Of a stretch of 64,000 nucleotides of DNA, positions 56,400-64,000 are shown piece by piece. How positions within the stretch are numbered: position 1 is the stretch's first letter; every line of letters starts with the position of its first letter. The notes beneath the pieces are model-generated. The model worked only from the letters and a program-made list of their open reading frames with translations. It searched no databases and was not told the DNA's origin. Both the position numbers and the translations under genes were made by a program. Origin of the DNA: Sminthopsis crassicaudata (lineage: Eukaryota); NCBI RefSeq assembly GCF_048593235.1, contig NC_133621.1, forward strand, positions 112,583,148 to 112,647,147, given 5' to 3'.

Positions 56400-57960
56400 A
56401 GGGATACAGCAGTCAGAGAAGAAGGAGGTGACCCACATTCTGCCCCCATTATTGACCTGACTTATGCAATGGACAGATATCTACCAGCCTCCAGGTCACT
56501 CTTCCTTCCATTCCAGGCTCTGCCAAATCAGCCCTTGATGACTTCACCATTGGCATTCCTGTGACCTCAATCACCCTGGTCCTCCGATTCATCAGCTTCT
56601 CGAACTCCCATGACCAACAGCTCCATTTTACCCCTCAGAGTGCTCAACCTAAAAACCTAACGACAACCTAAAACCATTCCTTCTTCCTGATCTTAAACTC
56701 CGAAATTCCTTCTCTATGGTTACAACTTCCTATAGCCATCACTCCCTAGGCCTCCTCTCTTTTCCACTAGTCTTCATTCATGCCTTCACCACAAGCTCCA
56801 GTTTCTCCATCTCTCCCTGTTCTTCCCACTCTACCCAGGTCCTTCCTTTTTTTTTTTTTTTTTAAATAATTCAATTATACACTGTTTTCTACCCTGGAAC
56901 TCCCTAACTCTCTTACCCCCTTCTTCTTCCATTCATACTCTGCTAATCCTCACCCCTGAGTTACTTCCAGAATCCAAACCCAAGGTGGTAAACATGACTG
57001 GTATAACTTTATCACACAAGGAACAGACCCATCCTCTTCTAAAAAATTAATGTTATGTAATCTCAACTGCACTCCTTAACCCCCTTGGCAATTTTTTTTT
57101 TTTAATCTCTAGAGGACTCTCCTCGTATTGACTTCCAAATCGTTTCCACTTTCCTCTACCACCCCCCCCCCCAGAGGTTTACTGGGAAAAGCTAGTCCAT
57201 CCATTGCAAAATCTCTCCTCTCCCTTATATTTTACCAGTCTTCTGCATTGCTCCAGTCTCTGAGAAAGAGCTGATCCTCTTACTTGCTTAAGGCTCTTAA
57301 TTTTGCCTTTGATCCTATCTCCTCCTAAACTTTGCCTGATGGATCATTCTTTCCCACCCTACTTCCCAAATTCAATCTCCTCCTTCCCAGCTATCTACCA
57401 ACCTACTCAGGGCTCATCTAACCTTTAAAAAGACTTTCCTAGCCTACCATCCCCCAAGCTATATGTCTCTCCCTCTGAAAGCTCACTTTTTAAAGATTAC
57501 TAGTCGGAAACTTTCCTAAGGAATAGTCAGTACACCTCTTCACTCTTTCCCTTAGCTTCCACAGGTTTAATTAACATTTCTTCAAGTCAATTCCACTTAT
57601 TACTGGGAAACCGTCTAATTGCTTTGATCCTCTGCTTCCTCATCCTTAATGCCAGGAGACAAACCTACCCAGATATCCCCCCCCACCTTAATGTGTTAAA
57701 TGGAGCTCATTGCCCCAGCCTGCCCCCAGCCTTCTATTCCATTCCAGGCTCTGCCAAGTCAGCCTGTGATGGCTTCATATTGGCATTCTGTGGCCTCAAA
57801 CACCCCGGTGCTCCAATTCATCAACTGCTTTAACTCCCATGACCCAGAGTGCTCACTCCTAAGACTTCACCCCCGCCCCAAACCATTCCTCCTCCAGTAT
57901 CTTAATTCCTTCTCTGTGGTCACAATTCCCTCCACAGCCACTTCCATTTTCTACTTGTGG
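56400..57960 (+). mobile_element. L2 endonuclease-region remnants containing a duplicated segment
   Basis: ctaccagcctccaggtcactcttccttc and ctcccatgacc match the L2 VYRPPGHS region text. Confidence 0.55.
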
Positions 57961-58019
57961 GTGCTATCAGCTCCCTGAGCCACCAGGTACCTTAGACTCT
58001 CCACTCTTCCCTGCCCCCC

Positions 58020-60720
58020 CCAGTCACGTTACCGAGTGCCATCAGCTCTACCACAAGGGCTCCTGAGTCTGTCTGCTTCTCCCCATGGCCACCACCTGGG
58101 TTCAAGTCTCCATAGCCTTTGGTCTAGAACATTGCTCTTGAGGTGGTTGGTTTGATTTTTGCTATTCGTTTTTGCCAGACCTCCGTAGGAAGGGCCCGTC
58201 TTCCGAAGTAGATAGCAACTTCTCTCCAAATTTCGGGTAGCCCGGAACTGAGCGCCGGGTTCCTTTGTCCCGGACCACACGGCTCACTTTTCTCGGGAGC
58301 CTCTCCAATGACTGACTGAACTCCAGGCCTGCCTCGCCCCTCCAATCGTCCCGCACAGTTATTTCCCTAAAGCACGGGTGGGGCCTCGGTAGCCCCCTCC
58401 CCTAGGAAAAGCCTTCCTCGGTTCCCATTTTCTCAGATAACCCTCACTTGCCCTTCCCCCCCTTTTCCCATTATAGGGATTCTGGGTCCCAGACAAACTC
58501 CATTCTGGTCATTCCTACAGTCAGGGAGGTGCGACTGTTACATTTTTCAATGTAAATATTTACAACTCGGAGCTGCCACAAGTCAGTGCCGGACTTAACT
58601 GTGTTGCTGATTGTCTAGACTAAAGAAGGCGAGGGGGAAATGGTAACAATGCAGATTAAATTTTTGAAAACTTCTTTCTTCCCAGAGCGCCAGCGGTAGT
58701 AGAAATCTGCCCGCACCCCTAAAGGACATTTCACTTTCCGCATCCTCTATCCCCCAGGCGACAGCCTCCCTCCCAACACCTGGGATGCGCTTCCCTTCTG
58801 GGTGCCGCCTCTCCCAAGGGTTCCCTCTGCGCTCCTGTTGGCGCTTCTTCCCGCCTCACACGGTCCCGTGTCTGCTTCTCGGTGACCATGTTCTACCCTC
58901 CCCTCCCGGAGGCAGAGGCGGCTTCCTTCTCACCGCGCACCTCCCAGCCTCCCGCCCCGGGAGGGACTTGTTAAGTATTTGAGGAATCAAACAAGCAGAA
59001 TTCGGGTACACAGCCCACGCGGGCCCCGATCACAGGCATCGCTGTCCCGCACGAGTTACCACACGGTCTGGAACATTCTCGCGCCCTTTAGCCCCCCACA
59101 TTCCGCGTCTCGCACACCCTCTGGCCCCGCCAGAGTTTAATGCCCGGAGCGCAGGTGTGTCATCCAGCTAGGAGGGCAGCCGTCCCAAACCGAGGGACGG
59201 GAAAGAAGAGGGAGGGAAAGAGAAGGGGAAGAGGGAGAGGAGGGGGGGGGGACAGAGAGCAAAGGGAGGGGGGCTAGATTGGGAATAAAAGACGGAAAGG
59301 AACAGAGGGAAATGGGAGCAGGCAGAGGGTGGGGAGCAGGGGGCTGACAGGGAGCAGGAGGTAAGGGGCAGGAGGAGGGGAGTAAAGGGAAGCAGGGAGA
59401 CAGGAGCAGGGGGCTGAGAGAAGCAGGAGCAAGGGGAGGGGGTCAGAGGGCAGGGGGGAGGGGCAGGGGGCGGGCGGGCGGAGAGGGTCTGACAGGAAGA
59501 AGACGGGGGAGGGCATCAGGCTAGTCCCAGCCCCCTCGCTTTCCCGGGCCGTTTGGCTCCTGCAGGTGGCAGCGCCTTTAGGTCCGAGGGGCACTCGGGC
59601 CGGCCGACCCCGCGTGACGCCACACTCGGCTCGGCGCGCCCGCCTCCCCCATGCAGAAGCCCCGGTCTCCGTTGCCCACGGACCTCGGGCGCTAACGCTC
59701 CGGCCGAAGGGCGCCGAGACTCCCTCGGGCGATGGCCGCTCTCTGAGGGCCCGGCCTCCGTCTCTCATGCCACGGCCGCAGGAACATTCCGGAGCGCTCT
59801 CAGAGGGCTCCCGGCGGCCGTCCCCGTCCCTCCGCGCCGCTCACCTGAGCTCAGGTCCAGCCCCAGAGCCGAGCGCCGTCCATGCCCGGCCGGGCGCCGC
59901 CTGCGCACGCGCCGTCCGCGCCCCCAAAAAGCCGAAAAGCTCGTCCTCGGACTTTGTGCACAGTCCCGGGGCAAGAGCCCGGCGGAGCCACCGAGCTCCG
60001 GGCGGCGGGGATAGAGCGTCGCCGAGGCGGCCCCGCTCTCTCACCTCTCCCCCACCTGACGTGTTCTTCCTCCTTCGCGTCTCCGAACGACGACGCCACC
60101 TAGGGGCAATACGAGGCCACGGCATGCCTTCCCAGCACCCGTTGGAAAACTGGAGAGGACGATCGCTGAAAGCTGTCAAAGCTGAGGAGGAGTTAAGAGC
60201 TGGAAAGAACTGTGCTTTAAGGTCTGCAAAGCGCTTTACAGATACCAGTTTGTCCCCACGACAACCCAGGAGGCAGGCGCTACATCATCCCCACGCCACT
60301 GATGAATGCCCAGGGTTTCCCCCCTCTCCGCTTCCCCGGGCCCCCGCGGCGCTCACTGAGCCCAGCCCTTCATTTTACAGGAAAGGAGACGAGGAAGCCC
60401 AGCAGGCTGAAGCGGTTTCCCCCGTCACCTACACTAGCCAAAAGCTCACGCAAAATAACCGGGGGAGTGGGAGCCCGAGCCTTGCGACTTGTACGGCGGC
60501 GAGGCTCTCTTCGCAGCTTCTAGGTCTAAACCCCAAGCGTTGACTTCACTTTGAAAGGTGTGAGTATTCTAACTAGGACAAAAGGTGTTGAGTCTTGTAA
60601 ACTTCATAGAGAAAATTCTGGAAAACCACAGTTACAAAATCAAAGTAGGCTAGAGAGAGCGGGGACCTTAGACTCCGTGTCCGGTGCTCTGCGCCGGGCC
60701 CCTCTTTTATGAATAAAAAC
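58020..60720. promoter_or_regulatory. CpG island over the MEST promoter/first exon (core about 59530-60140; weaker sub-island 58020-59170)
   Basis: Visibly high GC and CpG density compared with the AT-rich, CpG-depleted remainder of the window. Confidence 0.9.
59845..60125 (-). other. MEST: Probable MEST first exon in the CpG island (3' boundary 59845; 5' boundary unknown)
   Basis: Consensus donor CTCAG|GTGAGC in the island core, phase-compatible with exon 2; alternative donors at 60045 and 60056. Confidence 0.55.
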
Positions 60721-61110
60721 TGGGGACCTGGAAAGTTAAGAACTTGTTCAAGATCTGCGTGTCCAGGTAAAGTCCAAGTCGGGAGCTCAAAACTCATCCT
60801 GACTCCAAATCTGCTGTCATTTCTAGTGTGTGGAGTTTTCTTCCAGCTCATCCCGCCTCGTGGAAACCCCAGCTCTCTTCCAGCCTCTGCTCAATTGCTA
60901 CCTCCCATAATGGTTGGTTCTACTCACCAATCCCCTCCCCTTTTATTTTTACATTTGTTGCTGTACGTTTGTACCTCTTCTCACATCCCTGTGTGAACGT
61001 GAGTTCCTTCCCTGAGGGCAGCTATTATTTCATTTTTGGCTTTGTATTCCCAGCACTTGCACACGGTAGATACTTAATACTTAATGGATTTGGGATTTGC
61101 TTGGTCACAC
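60150..61110. mobile_element. MIR-type SINE remnants (about 60150-60800) and an L2 3' end (about 60800-61110)
   Basis: gcaaagcgctttaca, cattttacag...gaggaagcccag, tcctgactccaa; L2 tail gtattcccagcacttgcacacggtagatacttaata. Confidence 0.6.
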
Positions 61111-61282
61111 ATCTACAAATGAAAAAGCAAGAAATTCAAACCCAATACTATGTGCCCAAATTATACCATGTTGTACAATATATACATATATACACAAATA
61201 TATCATTTGGGCATGGAGAGAGAGAGAAGAAAGAGAAGGGAGGGAGAGACAGAAAAGAAAAGAAGGAGGAGAAAAAGGAGAA

Positions 61283-61519
61283 NNNNNNNNNNNNNNNNNN
61301 NNNNNNNNNNNNNNNNNNNNNNNNNNNNNNNNNNNNNNNNNNNNNNNNNNNNNNNNNNNNNNNNNNNNNNNNNNNNNNNNNNNNNNNNNNNNNNNNNNNN
61401 NNNNNNNNNNNNNNNNNNNNNNNNNNNNNNNNNNNNNNNNNNNNNNNNNNNNNNNNNNNNNNNNNNNNNNNNNNNNNNNNNNNNNNNNNNNNNNNNNNNN
61501 NNNNNNNNNNNNNNNNNNA
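61283..61519. other. Assembly gap (237 N)
   Basis: N run flanked on the left by an AG-rich low-complexity tract. Confidence 1.
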
Positions 61520-61697
61520 AGAAAATATTCTTCAGATGTGGAGAGTAAGCTCCTCCAGGGCAGAGTCAGGTTTGTTTTTTCTATCTCCTAACTAATGCTT
61601 GCTAAAAGGTTTGAGTATTTTAGTAAGTAGAGTTGTTGCTGAATTATGTGATTTGTAGTAGCTTACTACTTCCTAGGAAGTGGGGGGATGACTATAT

Positions 61698-61736
<39 letters not shown>

Positions 61737-62675
61737 GTCTGGGCTCCTCCCATTCCCACCCCGGATAACACTACTCTGGATCCTATTTTCCACAACGTAG
61801 GGTCATCGGTTTTCACACCTTGTAGGTATAGCAAAGAAGCATAATAATATCCGCAGTTTAAATTAAGATCTAACTAAATGTCATAATTATGGTGTGCATT
61901 AAATTTAATGCTAAAATGGTTTGGTGTAGAAGAAATAAGTCAACAAGCATTACGTACCAGTGCTGCAGAGAGAAAAAAATTGAAAGTCCCTGCTTTCAAA
62001 GAGCTGACCTTGGATCAGACGTGTATGAATGTATATGTGTATGTGTATTTTGTGTATAAATGCAAGGTGGATAGAATATGATACATACTAGCTATAGTAT
62101 CGAGTAGTTTGCAAAGAACAAATTTGGAATCAGACTTGGAATTAGGACCTGACTGTGACTCCCTGCAGACGCTGGCCTTTGGCCAGCCCCTCACCTTTCC
62201 GAGCCGGGTTCTTCTTCGGAAAGTGAATAACTAACATTTGCACCCCCACTTCCCGGAGCTGTAGTGAGAAGCGCGCTGGAGACCTCTGACCTGAGAAAGG
62301 GCATTATTTCTGGATGTGAGATAGAAAATGGTTGCCGACAGCAAGGACGGTGCTGCAGTTCTAAGCATCCCCCAAACGCTTAGAGCTGTGAATTTGCACG
62401 GCCACTTAATATATTAACCCTTTAATCGGAAGAAGCTGATTTTTTTTAAAGAGAAAAAAATGTCCCTGCGTCTGGTATGTTCTAGGCGCCTTGTTTAAGG
62501 AAGGAGGATCAGTTGTTCTGAGCGTATCCTTCTCAACCAAAAAACAAAACCCCCCTTTTCTCTCTCCATCCCTCTTCCCGCGCGGATGAGACCGAGCAGT
62601 TGCTGCGTGGCAGCTACGCGGGCCCTACCACACAAAGCCGAGATCAGCACTGCACTCTCTGGGGCGGCGTCTCGC

Positions 62676-62690
62676 GTTGCCCCTGGCAAC
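62676..62690. promoter_or_regulatory. RFX X-box GTTGCC-CCT-GGCAAC
   Basis: Perfect 6-bp inverted arms with a 3-nt spacer, matching GTNRCC-N0-3-RGYAAC, 212 nt upstream of a ciliary gene ATG. Confidence 0.8.
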
Positions 62691-62901
62691 CATTGAGCGG
62701 CGTCTGGAGCTGAGCTGACCGCAAGCGTGAGCGGGAGTAAGCGGTGCCGCTGTTGGTCCGCGGGAGGATCCGGACCAATCAGAAGAAAGGTCATTGGAAG
62801 GCCGGTAGGGGAGGTTGGAGGTAGGAAGAGGAAAGTAGAGGCGGCAAAGGGGGAGGAGTTGGTAGCCGCTGGAACTCGGGGAGTCAATCCGTTGGAGGAA
62901 G

Positions 62902-62934
62902 ATGTCTTCCCGAGGACACATTGGGGATCCTGAG
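62902..62934 (+). CDS. CEP41: Centrosomal protein of 41 kDa (TSGA14), first coding exon MSSRGHIGDPE
   Basis: aagATGTCT...GAG|gtaagg; 33-nt exon resembling human MSLRRHIGNPE as recalled; expected synteny head-to-head with MEST. Confidence 0.88.
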
Positions 62935-64000
62935 GTAAGGGGGAAGTCCAGATGGTGAGAGGCCTGGGGCCCGCGGGCCGGGAGCAGGCTCCACGTGGGC
63001 TCCCCGGGACTTCCGCCGCTGGATAGGTTGGGGGGCTCCCCGAGAGCCGGGACGATGCGGCGGAACCCCGAATCCTGGGGAAGAGGTGGGGAGTGGGGGG
63101 AGAAGAGAGCGAGGGAAGGGAACCGAAGTGTGGGGACCGAGGGGAAGGAGGCAACTTATTCTATCCGAGAGTACTGGTTAGGAGACAAAGAAAAATGAGC
63201 CAGACCCTGCCCTCGAGGAGCTCAGGCTCTGCCGGGTGGGGAGGCGGAGTGAGACTCTGACTGCGAGAAAGCGACGGGAAAAAAGAAAGAAAAATGGAAT
63301 TGCTGCGTGCACTTGCCTGCTGGGGGGCCGTTTGAGCTGAGCTGGAGGGGTCGGGTACCAGGAGCAGCGGAAGAACCCAGCTTGTCGGGAACAGCCGCGG
63401 GCCTGAGAGACGTGGGTGCCGGGACCACAGCCTGGAGCCCGAGGGATTGACCCGAGAAGGGGCGGCGTGGGCCTGCCCGCGCTTTTTGGGAATTCCGTGG
63501 GTGCAGAGATTACGGGAGGGGAGGGGGGGGATGGCCCGGCGGCGTGGAGACCCGCTAGGAGGGCTGTGAGGGCAGGGTTGGACATGGGAGCGCTTTCTGT
63601 TCAGGGGTCTTCCGGGTGGAGTAGGGGACCACCACAGAAGAACTAGCCTCCAGACGCTGGAAATGACAGCCCTGCCCAGTACGCCCTGCCTTTCCCGTTC
63701 ACCTCAGTGCTCGAGCTTTTTTCTGTTCGAGGACCGGTGCTCATGCCTGGAAATTTGGAGCAGGCTGCTTTTACATTCTTTTTTTATGATCTGCCTGAAA
63801 TTCTTTTTAAGGTGTCGTAGCTTTAAATGGATCCAATTTTAAATTGGCTCAATTCATTTTTCTGAGTGGATTTCATCAGAAAAAGTCTAGAAGGCTAGGT
63901 GAGAAACACTGGACAAGAAGGGAGATGCGGTTAAAATTTGTGGAAATGTAAATGTTTCACTGGGTGCCTACTGTTTTAAAGTGAGCAAATCCTTTTGGTC

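Larger units (their letters stand above)
62140..63740. promoter_or_regulatory. CpG island promoter of CEP41 with GC box (62661), X-box (62676-62690) and CCAAT box (GACCAATCAG, 62773-62782)
   Basis: CpG-rich, motifs read directly, located just upstream of the CEP41 ATG. Confidence 0.88.

Noticed and set aside
59274-60543. Long plus- and minus-strand ORFs (153-325 aa) over the MEST island; likewise 62495-63646 over CEP41
   Set aside because: Expected in stop-poor GC-rich DNA; Pro/Arg/Gly/Ala-biased with no recognisable domain. Only the frame that splices in phase to MEST exon 2 was kept as a finding
60828-61595. ORFs of 132-255 aa containing X runs
   Set aside because: Artefacts of reading through the N gap and an AG-rich tract

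Overview
This is eukaryotic DNA from a marsupial. The SINE content (WSINE1/WSINE1a-like, Mar1-like, MIR, L2, CR1/L3) points to an Australian, probably dasyuromorph, species (inference). Three genes can be reconstructed exon by exon from splice sites and reading frame: COPG2 (+, coding exons 4-24, 2280-34545, 5' part outside the window), MEST/PEG1 (-, coding exons 2-12, 53890-35819, 326 aa, with a probable first exon in the CpG island near 59.8-60.1 kb) and the first coding exon of CEP41 (+, 62902-62934). COPG2 and MEST lie tail-to-tail with back-to-back AATAAA signals. MEST and CEP41 lie head-to-head only about 3 kb apart, with a 237-N gap between them. This is the orthologue of the eutherian imprinted MEST/COPG2 domain. 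There are no prokaryotic features, and most six-frame ORFs are chance, low-complexity or N-gap artefacts. I found no new gene family. The most interesting signals concern MEST regulation: a first exon whose frame is open for 94 codons in phase with exon 2 and carries a strong uORF, a second candidate promoter, convergent CTCF-like sites, a 230-bp direct repeat bracketing the start-codon exon, no recognisable miR-335, few ZFP57 motifs, and overlapping 3' ends with COPG2. Exon numbers and eutherian comparisons come from recall, not from searches. Repeat boundaries are approximate unless target-site duplications (TSDs) are given.
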